This document shows, one piece after another, positions 10,045-19,303 of a DNA stretch of 64,000 bases (positions are counted from its first letter, which is position 1; every line of letters starts with the position of its first letter). Origin of the DNA: Candidatus Iainarchaeum sp. (lineage in GTDB: Archaea > Iainarchaeota > Iainarchaeia > Iainarchaeales > JAGVWC01); the NCBI GenBank assembly GCA_018304465.1, contig JAGVWC010000012.1:74019-138018 (forward strand), given 5' to 3'. Position numbers and translations under genes: made by a program. The notes below the pieces were generated by a model. It saw nothing but the letters and a program-made list of their open reading frames with translations. It was not told the origin of the DNA and made no database searches.

Positions 10045-10222
10045 CGGCGACAAAAAAGTGGACCGGCACAATCAGAAAAAAGTGCGCAGCCCAAAACTAA
10101 AGGAATTCCATTGCCGTATCTGCGGAGGCGGCAGGGGAATGATCAGGAAATACGGAATCAATCTTTGTCGAAGATGCTTCAAGGATTACGCAGAAAAATT
10201 GGGATTTAGGAAGTTTGATTAG
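10037..10222 (+). CDS. rps14: Ribosomal protein uS14 (zinc-binding type)
   Basis: C4 zinc ribbon [23 protein letters not shown]. Confidence 0.85.
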   Translation: MTNGDKKVDRHNQKKVRSPKLKEFHCRICGGGRGMIRKYGINLCRRCFKDYAEKLGFRKFD

Positions 10223-10230
10223 GTGACGAA

Positions 10231-10620
10231 ATGAGCGTAGACCAGATTGCAAATGCATTGACGAGTATCAAGAATAGCGAAAGCGCGGCGAGACATACGT
10301 GTACGATTAAACCGGGCTCGAAACTCTTGAAAGAAATCCTGCGCGTAATGCAGGAAAATGGCTTTGTCAAGAAAGTGGATTGGAAAGAAACCCGACAAGG
10401 CGAGGAAGCCATCGTGTCATTGGAAGGACGCATTAACGAATGCCGCGTCGTCAAGCCGCGATATGCGGTCAAGAAAGACGAGTTCGAGCGGTTCGAAAAG
10501 AAGTTTTTGCCCGCGCGCGACATCGGAATTCTGATCGTAAGCACTCCTAAGGGTGTGTTTTCGCACAAGAAAGCCAAGGAAAACGGCGTCGGCGGAAGAC
10601 TGCTGGCGTACGTGTTTTAG
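10231..10620 (+). CDS. rps8: Ribosomal protein uS8
   Basis: DQIANALTSIKN...GGRLLAYVF. Confidence 0.9.
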   Translation: MSVDQIANALTSIKNSESAARHTCTIKPGSKLLKEILRVMQENGFVKKVDWKETRQGEEAIVSLEGRINECRVVKPRYAVKKDEFERFEKKFLPARDIGILIVSTPKGVFSHKKAKENGVGGRLLAYVF

Positions 10621-10625
10621 GTGAA

Positions 10626-11168
10626 ATGGTTATGGAAAAAAATATGCGACGAATCGAGTTGCCCCAAGGCATGGATGCCCAGATAGACGGCGCCAAAGTC
10701 ACGGTGAAAGGAAACGGACGCGAAGTCTCGAAAACGTTTTCGGCCGAAGGCGTTTCGTTTTCAAAAGAAGGCAACGCCATCGTTCTTACGGCGGTTCATT
10801 TGTCAAACCGCGAAGTTGCCAGAATGAACGCGATCGTGTCGCATGTCGAAAACCTGATCAAGGGAACCAAAAAGGATTACGAGTACAAAATGGGAATTGT
10901 TTTTTCGCATTTTCCGATGACGGTTAACGTCAAGGAATCGGTCGTGGAAATCAACAATTTTCTCGGAGAAAAAAAATCCCGCCGCGCGAAAATCGTGAAA
11001 GGAACCAAAGTCATGGTGAAAGGAAAAGAAGTAGTCGTCACGGGATCCAATAAGGAACACGTGGGACAAACCGCGGCCAATATTGAAGGCGCCGCCCGCG
11101 TGATCGGACGCGACAAACGCGTGTTTCAAGACGGAATTTTTATCGTTTCAAAATCAAAGCATGAGTAA
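10626..11168 (+). CDS. rpl6: Ribosomal protein uL6
   Basis: Two-domain L6 pattern and operon order. Confidence 0.85.
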   Translation: MVMEKNMRRIELPQGMDAQIDGAKVTVKGNGREVSKTFSAEGVSFSKEGNAIVLTAVHLSNREVARMNAIVSHVENLIKGTKKDYEYKMGIVFSHFPMTVNVKESVVEINNFLGEKKSRRAKIVKGTKVMVKGKEVVVTGSNKEHVGQTAANIEGAARVIGRDKRVFQDGIFIVSKSKHE

Positions 11169-11172
11169 GTGA

Positions 11173-11658
11173 ATGAATATGGTAACCAAAAAAACAGCAA
11201 AAGCAAACCCCAAAGCAGCGGCAAAACCGCAGGCCGCACCAAGTGCGCCAAAGACGGCGAAAAAAGCGGGACCCCGAAAAGGAAAAGCCAAGGACATAAA
11301 GATTAAGCGATTACAGAAAAAAATCAAAGTCAAATACCGCCCCATGTTTCGCGGCCGGTTCGGAAGCCGAAGCGTTCGACGCGTGTCGCTTGAAAAATGG
11401 CAGAAGTGGCGCAGAACCCGCGGAGTCGATACGCGAAGAAACCAGGAAGACGGTTTGGTGGTCGACTCGGGTTACCGGACTCCAAACGACATCCGGGGAC
11501 TGCATCCAAGCGGTTATTCGGAAATGCGCGTGTTTTCGCCAAGCGAAGTTGTTGCAAAGCCCAACGTGGTGTTGCGTATCGGCCGAACGGTGGGAAAAGC
11601 CAAGCGAAAATTGATTTTGGCCAAGGCCCGCGAAATCGGAATTGAAGTGTTGAACTGA
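11173..11658 (+). CDS. rpl32e: Ribosomal protein eL32 with Lys/Ala-rich N-terminal extension
   Basis: KWQKWRRTRGVD...GYRTPNDIRGLHPSGY. Confidence 0.85.
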   Translation: MNMVTKKTAKANPKAAAKPQAAPSAPKTAKKAGPRKGKAKDIKIKRLQKKIKVKYRPMFRGRFGSRSVRRVSLEKWQKWRRTRGVDTRRNQEDGLVVDSGYRTPNDIRGLHPSGYSEMRVFSPSEVVAKPNVVLRIGRTVGKAKRKLILAKAREIGIEVLN

Positions 11659-11669
11659 AGGGATAAAAA

Positions 11670-12107
11670 ATGGAACTGCAAAAGATCAAACGATTGGCGG
11701 CAACGGTCCTAAAAACCGGCGAACGCAACGTGTGGATGAATCCGGATGAAACCAAGCGGATTTCCGAAGCCCTCACCAAGGAAGACGTCCGACAATTGAT
11801 TACCGAAAAATTGATCAAGAAAACAAAGACCCAAGGTCATTCGCGCGGAAAAGCACGGATCTTAAAGGCCAAGAAAAAGAAAGGCCGAAAACGAGGATAT
11901 GGAAAGCGACGCGGAACCAAAAAGACCCGCATGGACAAGAAAGCCCAGTGGATTTCGATGGTACGCGGACAACGCAGGTATCTGCGCGAGTTGCGCGAAA
12001 AGAAATCCATTTCGAAAGAAATGTATACGCGCATTTACACGCTGATCAAAGGCGGATATTTCAAGGGAAAACGACAGATTGAATTGTTTGTTAAGGAAAA
12101 CAAGTGA
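11670..12107 (+). CDS. rpl19e: Ribosomal protein eL19
   Basis: LQKIKRLAATVLKTGERNVWMNPDE. Confidence 0.85.
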   Translation: MELQKIKRLAATVLKTGERNVWMNPDETKRISEALTKEDVRQLITEKLIKKTKTQGHSRGKARILKAKKKKGRKRGYGKRRGTKKTRMDKKAQWISMVRGQRRYLRELREKKSISKEMYTRIYTLIKGGYFKGKRQIELFVKENK

Positions 12108-12113
12108 TATGAA

Positions 12114-12719
12114 ATGACCCATAAATCAACCTACAAATTGTTGTTCAAACGCCGACGAAGCGGAAAAACAAATTACGCCAAGCGACTGGCGTTGCTAAAA
12201 TCACACCAGCCGCGGCTCGTGGTCCGAAAAAGCAACAACTTGATGAAATTGCAGATCGTCCAGTATTCGGAAAAAGGAGACTTCACGGTTGTTTCGTCGA
12301 GTTCGCAGGAACTCGGGGGATTCAATTGGAAATCGAATCTGGGAAACGTTCCCTCCGCGTATTTGGCGGGTTTTTTGCTTGGAAAACGCGCGGTGGCCGC
12401 AGGAATCAAAACCGCGGTGCTTGACATCGGATTGCATACGCCGATGCACAAAGGACGCATTTTTTCGGCGGTCAAAGGCGTGCTGGACGCGGGTTTGACT
12501 GTTCCGGTGGGCGAAGACGCGTTGCCGGATGAAAAACGCGTAAGCGGAAAGCATATTGAAGCGTTTGCACAAAAATTGGATGGCGAAAAAGCCAAGAAAC
12601 AGTTTTCAAAAGAAATGCAAAACGGGTTTGATCCGAAAAAAATCTCGGAATCGTTTACGCAGGTCAAAAGCGCGATTGAAAAAGACCCGGCAAAAAAAAC
12701 CGTGAAAACCAAAAAGTAA
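12114..12719 (+). CDS. rpl18: Ribosomal protein uL18
   Basis: RRRSGKTNYAKRLALLKSHQPRLVVRKSN. Confidence 0.85.
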   Translation: MTHKSTYKLLFKRRRSGKTNYAKRLALLKSHQPRLVVRKSNNLMKLQIVQYSEKGDFTVVSSSSQELGGFNWKSNLGNVPSAYLAGFLLGKRAVAAGIKTAVLDIGLHTPMHKGRIFSAVKGVLDAGLTVPVGEDALPDEKRVSGKHIEAFAQKLDGEKAKKQFSKEMQNGFDPKKISESFTQVKSAIEKDPAKKTVKTKK

Positions 12720-12732
12720 TGTTGAGTGATCG

Positions 12733-13362
12733 ATGATGGTACGAAAGCAAAAAGCAGGAGAAAGAAAAGGAGACCGCAGAGGACGACGCGGAGGCGACGA
12801 ATTTTCAGTCGAAGCCATGCGCGAAAAAGAAAACGAAAAACGATTAAACGACTGGGTTCCCAAAACCGAATTGGGTAAACGCGTTAAAAACGGCGAAATC
12901 GAATCGCTCGATTACATTTACGATCACGGATACAAGATTTTGGAACCCGAAATCGTGGATGCTTTGATGTCAAACGCCATGGACAAAATGGTGGAACTCA
13001 AAAAAACCGCGCGTGTCGTGCGAAGCGGACGACAGTTTTCCTACCGGGCCACGGTTTTGGTTGGAAACGGAAAAGGATTTATCGGAGTCGGAATCGCGTC
13101 CGATCGCGAACGCGTGCCGGCTTTGCAGAAAGCGAAACGAAAAGCGAAACTTTCTTTGGTTCGCGTTTACCGCGGTTGCGGAAGTTGGGAATGCAAATGC
13201 GGATTGCCCCATTCGTTGCCGTTTACCACGAAAGGAAAAATGGGTTCGGTTAAAGTGGAACTCATGTCGGCGCCCCGGGGACTCGGGCTTGTGGTCGGAG
13301 AACACATCAAAGACGTGCTCCGATTCGGTGGAATCTCGGACGCGTGGTCTAAGCCGCTGTGA
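12733..13362 (+). CDS. rps5: Ribosomal protein uS5; the annotated frame stops early, and the conserved C-terminal tail continues in the -1 frame to 13448 (see finding)
   Basis: GRQFSYRATVLVGNGKGFIGVGIAS core. The segment after DAWSK is missing, and an ...AAVNALE... tail sits in another frame, ending exactly at the L30 ATG. Confidence 0.85.
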   Translation: MMVRKQKAGERKGDRRGRRGGDEFSVEAMREKENEKRLNDWVPKTELGKRVKNGEIESLDYIYDHGYKILEPEIVDALMSNAMDKMVELKKTARVVRSGRQFSYRATVLVGNGKGFIGVGIASDRERVPALQKAKRKAKLSLVRVYRGCGSWECKCGLPHSLPFTTKGKMGSVKVELMSAPRGLGLVVGEHIKDVLRFGGISDAWSKPL

Positions 13363-13448
13363 ACGCGCTGGAACGTGCAAGCAAAATGCAGCAATCGGAA
13401 GAGATCACCAGAAAGATCGGCCGAATGGACGCAAAAGAGAGGATGTAA

Positions 13449-13910
13449 ATGTTGGCAGTTGTTCGAATCAAAGGCGAAGTGCACACGCCGTATGACGTGC
13501 GCGATACCATGAAAATGCTCCGGTTGGAACGCATCAATCACATGATCGTTCTTTCGGATTCGCCGGTCAATCACGGAATGCTCAAAAAAGTCGAGCACTT
13601 GATTACGTACGGTCCGGTCGACGCCCAGACGTTTTCGCGCGTGCTTGAAAAACGCGGAAAGCTTTCAGGAGACAAAAAACTCGATGCGGAATTCTTAAAA
13701 ACCCACAAAGCGAAGAATCTAGATGAAGTCGCGGAATGGGTGCTTTCGCAAAAGAAATCATTAAAAGACCTTGGAGTCAAACCGGTGTTTCGTCTTCACC
13801 CCCCCAAAAAAGGATTCGGACGCACCGGTGTCAAAACCGGTTTTTCGATGGGCGGCGGATCCGGAGATCGAAAAGAAAAGATCAATGATTTGATCAAACG
13901 CATGAGCTAA
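13449..13910 (+). CDS. rpl30: Ribosomal protein uL30
   Basis: AVVRIKGEVHTPYDVRDTMKMLRL. Confidence 0.85.
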   Translation: MLAVVRIKGEVHTPYDVRDTMKMLRLERINHMIVLSDSPVNHGMLKKVEHLITYGPVDAQTFSRVLEKRGKLSGDKKLDAEFLKTHKAKNLDEVAEWVLSQKKSLKDLGVKPVFRLHPPKKGFGRTGVKTGFSMGGGSGDRKEKINDLIKRMS

Positions 13911-13917
13911 AACAGGA

Positions 13918-14361
13918 TTGAATAGCATGGTTGTTCGAAAAGGAAAAAAAAGCGTTAAAAAACTCGGGAACAGAACCCGCCACGGAAACAAAAAGAACTG
14001 GCGTGGAAAAGGAAGCCGGGGCGGAAAAGGCCACGCGGGAAGCCAAAAACAAAAGCGAAACTCGTATCAGCATTTGTTCGGCAAAAAAATCCGCATGGCG
14101 CGAAAATCCATCAAACCCATCGCGGTGAACCTGCGGGAACTTGACGCGTTGATTCCGATGTGGATTGAACAAAAACTGGTTGAAAAGAACAAAGACGGTC
14201 AGTTCGTGATTGACGGGAAAAAAGTCGGGATTCAAAAAGTGCTCGGCGGCGGAGACACCGAACTGGATGTTGTGTTTGTGAACATTAAGTTAACCAAGAA
14301 AGCAAGCGATAAGGTGGAAGGAACCGAGTTCGAGTCTTTAGGCGGAGAGGAAAGTCAATGA
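13918..14361 (+). CDS. rpl15: Ribosomal protein uL15
   Basis: KLGNRTRHGNKKNWRGKGSRGGKGHAGSQKQ. Confidence 0.85.
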   Translation: MNSMVVRKGKKSVKKLGNRTRHGNKKNWRGKGSRGGKGHAGSQKQKRNSYQHLFGKKIRMARKSIKPIAVNLRELDALIPMWIEQKLVEKNKDGQFVIDGKKVGIQKVLGGGDTELDVVFVNIKLTKKASDKVEGTEFESLGGEESQ

Positions 14362-15746
14362 GTGCTTTTCTGAATGCGCTGGAGCCGTTTTACCGCTGGT
14401 TGCCAGAGGTAAAGACCCCGGAGCAGCAGCCCTCGTTGTCGAATCGGCTGAAATGGACATTCGGAGTATTGCTGATTTTTTTCGTCATGGGCGCCGTGTC
14501 CGTGATCGGATTGGATTTAAGCGCGTCTGCCGGCGGACAATTGTCCACGTTGCAGTTCATTTTGGCGTCCAATATCGGAACCTTGATTACGGTTGGAATC
14601 GGACCCATTGTGCTTGCGTCGATTATTTTGCAGTTGTTGGTCGGCGGAAAAATCATCAACGTGGATTTAAGCAATCCGAAAGACAAAGCGCGTTTTAGTT
14701 CCGCACAAAAATTATTGGCGTTGATATTGTGTTTTTTCGAATCGTTAGCGTATGTCATCGGCGGACTTGTCGCGCCGCAAGCGGGCTGGTTTATTCCCGT
14801 CGTGCTGCAGATTGCGCTTGGTTCGATTATTTTGATGTATTTGGATGAAGTCGTTTCCAAATATGGAATCGGAAGCGGAATCGGTTTGTTCATTGCGGCC
14901 GGAGTCGCAAGCCACATCGTGTGGAGAATTTTTAATCCGTTTAACACCATTGGTCAGTTCGATCCGTTAAACGGAAGCGGATTGTTGTTTTTGTTTTTCG
15001 CGAATCTTGGATCCGGAATCCTGGGCGCGGGAGTCGCGTATTTGCTTCCGATCTTAATCACGTTGATTATCTTTTTCGTGGTCGTGTTTGTCGAAGGAAT
15101 GCATGTCAATATTCCGATTACCATGGGTCGCGCCGGAGTCGGCGGACGATTTCCCGTGAAATTATTGTATGTTTCGAATGTTCCGGTGATTTTGGCGGCT
15201 GCGTTTTTGGCGAATATTCAGTTGCTGTCGACCGCAGGGCAAAAGATTCCCTTGATTGGCAGCGTGTTCGCAGCGATTTCGAGTTTTTTAACGACGCCCA
15301 ACGGGTTGCTGGTGACGATTATTCAGCAGTTGGTGCAAGGCGGCGGAGACATCGCGTTTTTGCTTCCGCAAATCGGGCATGCGGCGGTGTATTTGGTGTT
15401 TTTTACGATTATTTGCGTGGTATTTGGAAAACTATGGGTGGAATTGGCGGGCCAGGGAAGCGGCGCGGTTTCCGAGCAGTTACAGCGCGCGGGCATGTCG
15501 ATTCCGGGTTTTCGACGGGATCCGAGGGTCATGCGACAGGTTTTGGATCGGTATATCCCGACTATTACCATTCTGGGGTCTGCGTTCGTAGGAATTTTAG
15601 CCGGTTTTGCGGATTTAACCAATGCCTTGGGGACCGGAACCGGGATTTTGCTGACCGTCGGTATTGTATACCGTTTATACGAGGATTTGGCCAAACAGCA
15701 GGTATTTGAATCAAACCCTATGCTGGCCAAGATGATCGGGGGATAA
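14358..15746 (+). CDS. secY: Preprotein translocase subunit SecY
   Basis: 10-TM SecY/Sec61alpha pattern after L15. Confidence 0.9.
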   Translation: MSAFLNALEPFYRWLPEVKTPEQQPSLSNRLKWTFGVLLIFFVMGAVSVIGLDLSASAGGQLSTLQFILASNIGTLITVGIGPIVLASIILQLLVGGKIINVDLSNPKDKARFSSAQKLLALILCFFESLAYVIGGLVAPQAGWFIPVVLQIALGSIILMYLDEVVSKYGIGSGIGLFIAAGVASHIVWRIFNPFNTIGQFDPLNGSGLLFLFFANLGSGILGAGVAYLLPILITLIIFFVVVFVEGMHVNIPITMGRAGVGGRFPVKLLYVSNVPVILAAAFLANIQLLSTAGQKIPLIGSVFAAISSFLTTPNGLLVTIIQQLVQGGGDIAFLLPQIGHAAVYLVFFTIICVVFGKLWVELAGQGSGAVSEQLQRAGMSIPGFRRDPRVMRQVLDRYIPTITILGSAFVGILAGFADLTNALGTGTGILLTVGIVYRLYEDLAKQQVFESNPMLAKMIGG

Positions 15747-15801
15747 CAAGAATTTTTTAAATGAATCGGCAGAAGAATATGTAATATACAAAAAACCCGT
15801 T

Positions 15802-16308
15802 TTGCCGATTTTTTTGCGTCTTTTGGTGCATAGAATGGTATTTGGGTTCCCGGTAAGCATTGAAATCTTCGCCTTTTCGGCTTTATTGGCCGTGGTGTCA
15901 AAGGTTTTGCAGTTTACCTTGATGGACCGAAAAGCCTTTTTGGCAAGCCAAAAGCAAATGAAAGAACAGCAAAAAAAAATGCAGGAATTGGCAAGTAAGG
16001 AGGATGCAGAATCGAAGAAAGAACTCGAATCATTGCAAACGCAAATGTTGGAAAATTTCAATAAGTCCATTCAGATGATGGGAAAAATGATGGTCGTAAG
16101 CCTCGTGGTTTTCGGACCCGCATTGTATTTTCTCCAAGCATGGTTCGGTGGAAGCCTGGTGCAGTTGCCGTTTCCGTTGCCGATTGTTCATCGGGATTTG
16201 TCGTTTGAGATTACGAGTACGATCAGTTGGTTCTGGACGTATATTTATTCTTCGCTCGTCTCGAGTTTGATCATCGGGGCGATTTTGAAAGCGTTGAAAA
16301 TGGAATAA
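15802..16308 (+). CDS. DUF106-family membrane protein (archaeal YidC/Oxa1-like insertase family)
   Basis: ~170 aa, 3 TM with a coiled-coil K/E/Q-rich loop. It sits at the conserved position downstream of secY in archaea. Confidence 0.6.
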   Translation: MPIFLRLLVHRMVFGFPVSIEIFAFSALLAVVSKVLQFTLMDRKAFLASQKQMKEQQKKMQELASKEDAESKKELESLQTQMLENFNKSIQMMGKMMVVSLVVFGPALYFLQAWFGGSLVQLPFPLPIVHRDLSFEITSTISWFWTYIYSSLVSSLIIGAILKALKME

Positions 16309-16320
16309 AGGATTGAAACA

Positions 16321-16659
16321 ATGACCAGCCACGGAAGAAAAGGAAAACGCGCAAAGACGCGCAAAGGAATCGCGGGACACAAAACCAAAATGGTTTCAGC
16401 CAAGCACGGCAAACGCTTCTGCGCGATCAACGGAGAATTGCTGCATGGCGTTCCGCATGGACACACATTGGTGGAAGTTCGGAAACTGTCCAAGACCAAG
16501 CGTAGACCCAGCCGGATTTTCGGCGGGATTCTTTCCGGAAAAGCGACGAAACGCATCATCGAAGACGCGGCCGCGGTCCGGTTCGGAACCAAGCGCATCG
16601 AAGACGTGGAATTGCGATATAAAAAATTCGTGGAACAAGCGCTGCGAACAATGGAGTAA
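16321..16659 (+). CDS. rpl34e: Ribosomal protein eL34 with C-terminal extension
   Basis: GKRFCAINGELLHGVP...LSKTKRRPSRIFGGIL matches the L34e zinc-ribbon region. Confidence 0.7.
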   Translation: MTSHGRKGKRAKTRKGIAGHKTKMVSAKHGKRFCAINGELLHGVPHGHTLVEVRKLSKTKRRPSRIFGGILSGKATKRIIEDAAAVRFGTKRIEDVELRYKKFVEQALRTME

Positions 16660-16679
16660 AAAAAGAAAAGGGATGAATT

Positions 16680-16901
16680 ATGGCAGGAATTGAAGTAGGA
16701 CGCATTTGCATCAAGACAACGGGTCGAAACGCGGGAAAACGCGTGGTCGTTGTCGATATTGAAAAAGACGGGTTTGTTACGATCGAAGGCGTGGAAGTCA
16801 AGCGCAAACGCTGTAATCCAAGCCATTTGTTTGTCACGCCGGAAAAGGCGGAATTGAAAAAAGGAGCCAAACGAGAAGAAATCGTTTCGGCGCTCAAGTG
16901 A
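16680..16901 (+). CDS. rpl14e: Ribosomal protein eL14 (KOW)
   Basis: GRICIKTTGRNAGKRVVVVD KOW motif, ~73 aa. Confidence 0.75.
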   Translation: MAGIEVGRICIKTTGRNAGKRVVVVDIEKDGFVTIEGVEVKRKRCNPSHLFVTPEKAELKKGAKREEIVSALK

Positions 16902-16913
16902 GTTGAATAAAAT

Positions 16914-17447
16914 ATGACTGAGAAAAAAGAAATTCGATACATTGTCCGGATCATCAACAAGGATTTGACGGGAACCTCGCAGATTTACAAGGCGGTTCAG
17001 GAAATCAAGGGAATCGGACAACGCATGGGAAAAAACATCGCGGAAGCGTTTGAAAAAGAAACCGGCGTGTCTCGACACACGCGCATCGGCGAAATGACCG
17101 AGGATTTGGATCAAAAACTTGAAGACATAGTGTTGCATCCGGACAAGCACGGCTTGCCCAAATGGACTTTGAATCGCCAGCGCGATTTTGAAACGGGTGC
17201 CACGACGCACATGGTCATGAGCGAACTGGATTTTGCGATCCGAAAGGATTTGCAGCGGCTCAATCAGATCAAGTCGTATCGTGGTTTGCGCCATTCATGG
17301 GGATTGCCCGTGCGCGGACAAAAAACCAAGTCGACTCACCGCGGAAAAGGCGGAGTGGTCGGTGTCACCAAGAAAGACGCCAAGGGCGGAGCATCGGCTT
17401 CGGCGGCAAAACCAGCCGCACCAGCCAAGCCCGCGGCCAAGAAATGA
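16914..17447 (+). CDS. rps13: Ribosomal protein uS13 with Ala/Lys C-terminal tail
   Basis: RIINKDLTG...IKGIG motifs. Confidence 0.9.
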   Translation: MTEKKEIRYIVRIINKDLTGTSQIYKAVQEIKGIGQRMGKNIAEAFEKETGVSRHTRIGEMTEDLDQKLEDIVLHPDKHGLPKWTLNRQRDFETGATTHMVMSELDFAIRKDLQRLNQIKSYRGLRHSWGLPVRGQKTKSTHRGKGGVVGVTKKDAKGGASASAAKPAAPAKPAAKK

Positions 17448-17465
17448 TTGAGAAAGGGATGTTAG

Positions 17466-18071
17466 ATGGGCGATACAAAAAAACCAAAAAAGCAATATGC
17501 GCGTCCGCGAAAGCCGTGGGATCGCAACAGACTTGAAAGCGAAACAAAGCTTAAGGAAAATTTCGGCTTGAAAAACAAGCGGGAAATCCGAAGCGCGGAA
17601 GCGATCGTGCGCAAGAAACGCCAAAACGCGCGAATGCTCTTGGCGCTGACCATGGAAAAACGCGAAAAACAGCAAAAAGAATTGCTGCAAAGCCTTGAAA
17701 AAATCGGGTTGCTTCGCAATAGCGCCGGGGTCGACGACGTGTTGAGCTTGTCGGTCACCGAAATGATGGAGCGTCGATTGCAAACCCAAGTCGTTCGAAA
17801 AGGATTGGCCAACACCATGAAACAAGCGCGCCAGTTCATCACGCACGGACACATTGCCATTAACGGCCGGAAAGTTTCAAGCCCGGGTTACATCGTTCGA
17901 AAAAACGAGGAAGACCACATCGGGTTTTACGGAAAACCGATAACCAACGCGAATCCGGAAACCAAAGCCGAAACCAAGAAAAAATTCGAGGAAGCGCTGC
18001 CCAAAGGCGAAGAAGCTCCGGCAAACCCCGAAGCGGAACAAGCGCCGATTGAAGCGGAAGGTGCACAATAA
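17466..18071 (+). CDS. rps4: Ribosomal protein uS4
   Basis: S4 domain RRLQTQVVRKGLANTMKQARQFITHGHIAINGRKV. Confidence 0.9.
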   Translation: MGDTKKPKKQYARPRKPWDRNRLESETKLKENFGLKNKREIRSAEAIVRKKRQNARMLLALTMEKREKQQKELLQSLEKIGLLRNSAGVDDVLSLSVTEMMERRLQTQVVRKGLANTMKQARQFITHGHIAINGRKVSSPGYIVRKNEEDHIGFYGKPITNANPETKAETKKKFEEALPKGEEAPANPEAEQAPIEAEGAQ

Positions 18072-18454
18072 TGGATAAGATCGGAATCATTCACATTTTT
18101 GCTTCGCATAACAACACGCAAATGTTGTTGACGGATCAGACCGGCGCGGAAACCATCGCGAAATCAACCGGTGGAATGACGACCAAAGCCCAACACAAGG
18201 AAGGCTCGCCGTATACCGCCATGAAAATGGCCGAAGACATCGCGAACAAAGCCAAGGAACGCGGAATCCGCATCATCGACATTAAGGTACGCGGATTTGG
18301 CGGAATTCGATCCCGAACACCGGGACCCGGCGCCGAAGCGTCCATCCGAAGCTTGACGCGAAACGGAATGCGCATTCGAAACATTGAAAACGTTACACCG
18401 GTTCCGCATGATGGAACCCGAAAGAAAAAGAAATTCAGAGGAAAGAAGAAATAA
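18071..18454 (+). CDS. rps11: Ribosomal protein uS11
   Basis: GIIHIFASHNNTQMLLTD...DIKVRGFGGIRSRTPGPG. Confidence 0.9.
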   Translation: MDKIGIIHIFASHNNTQMLLTDQTGAETIAKSTGGMTTKAQHKEGSPYTAMKMAEDIANKAKERGIRIIDIKVRGFGGIRSRTPGPGAEASIRSLTRNGMRIRNIENVTPVPHDGTRKKKKFRGKKK

Positions 18455-18536
18455 CGTAGTTGAAAAGCCTGGCGAAAAAAACCGTTTTGCGGTTTTCGCC
18501 GGTTTTTGAAAAAAGCAAAAGGAGAGCGAAAAAACG

Positions 18537-19274
18537 ATGGACGTGAAAAAGATTTCAGATAATGGCAAGGAACTGAAACTCTTGATCAACGGAACCGATA
18601 CCGCCATGATGAACGCGTTACGGCGAACGATCATGAACAGTGTGCCGGTGCTCGCCATCGACAAGGTGTGGTTTTATGACAACAACTCGGTTATGACCGA
18701 CGAAATGCTTTCGCATCGACTCGGATTGCTTTCCGTAAAAGGCGTTGGAAAAGTAACGGAAGGAGAAAACGCCAAATTCGCATTGGAAAAAGAAGGACCC
18801 GGCATGGTGTATTCGGGAGAAATCATTTGTTCGACCGGAAACGCCGAGATCGTGGATAAAAAAATTCCCGTGGTTTTGCTTGGAAAAAATCAGCGCGTGA
18901 GAATGGAAATGGAGGCTGTGGTTGGAACCGGAAAAATGCACACCAAGTGGCAACCGGGAACCGTCACGTATTATCAGGTCCCAAAAGTCACGTTCGAAGG
19001 CGTCAAGGACCCGGAAGCGATCCAAAAAGCGTTTCCCGGAACCATTGAAGTCAAGGCCAAGAAATTATTTTTGGCGGATCCGTTGAATGCAAAGCAGGTC
19101 ACGGAATTACGGGATCGTTTTCCGGAAGAAGTAAAGCTTGATTACGACGACAAATCATTCGTCATGATTATTGAAACGAACCGCGGAAAAGAAAACGCGG
19201 AAATCATCGAGGATAGTTTGGAGGCATTGCGCAACCGAAATAAAGAATTCAAAGAAGCGCTCAAAAGCCTTTAA
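18537..19274 (+). CDS. rpoD: DNA-directed RNA polymerase subunit D (Rpo3), apparently without the Fe-S cysteine cluster
   Basis: AMMNALRRTIMNSVPVLAID dimerisation motif. It follows S11 as in all archaea. The protein has only one Cys. Confidence 0.85.
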   Translation: MDVKKISDNGKELKLLINGTDTAMMNALRRTIMNSVPVLAIDKVWFYDNNSVMTDEMLSHRLGLLSVKGVGKVTEGENAKFALEKEGPGMVYSGEIICSTGNAEIVDKKIPVVLLGKNQRVRMEMEAVVGTGKMHTKWQPGTVTYYQVPKVTFEGVKDPEAIQKAFPGTIEVKAKKLFLADPLNAKQVTELRDRFPEEVKLDYDDKSFVMIIETNRGKENAEIIEDSLEALRNRNKEFKEALKSL

Positions 19275-19303
19275 AACAGTCGCAACCAGAAGGGTATTAC
19301 CTG

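Noticed and set aside
13360-13362. Possibility that TGA is recoded (alternative genetic code), explaining the short S5
   Set aside because: Another TGA stop in the window (PolD DP1 at 53528..53530, overlapping the DP2 ATG) behaves as a genuine terminator. The downstream S5 tail is also in a different frame, so recoding would not restore the protein.
16245-17294. 349-aa minus-strand ORF spanning rpl34e, rpl14e and rps13
   Set aside because: It is entirely antisense to three well-conserved r-protein genes. The product is low-complexity and has no recognisable motifs. It is a typical spurious long ORF in GC-balanced coding DNA.
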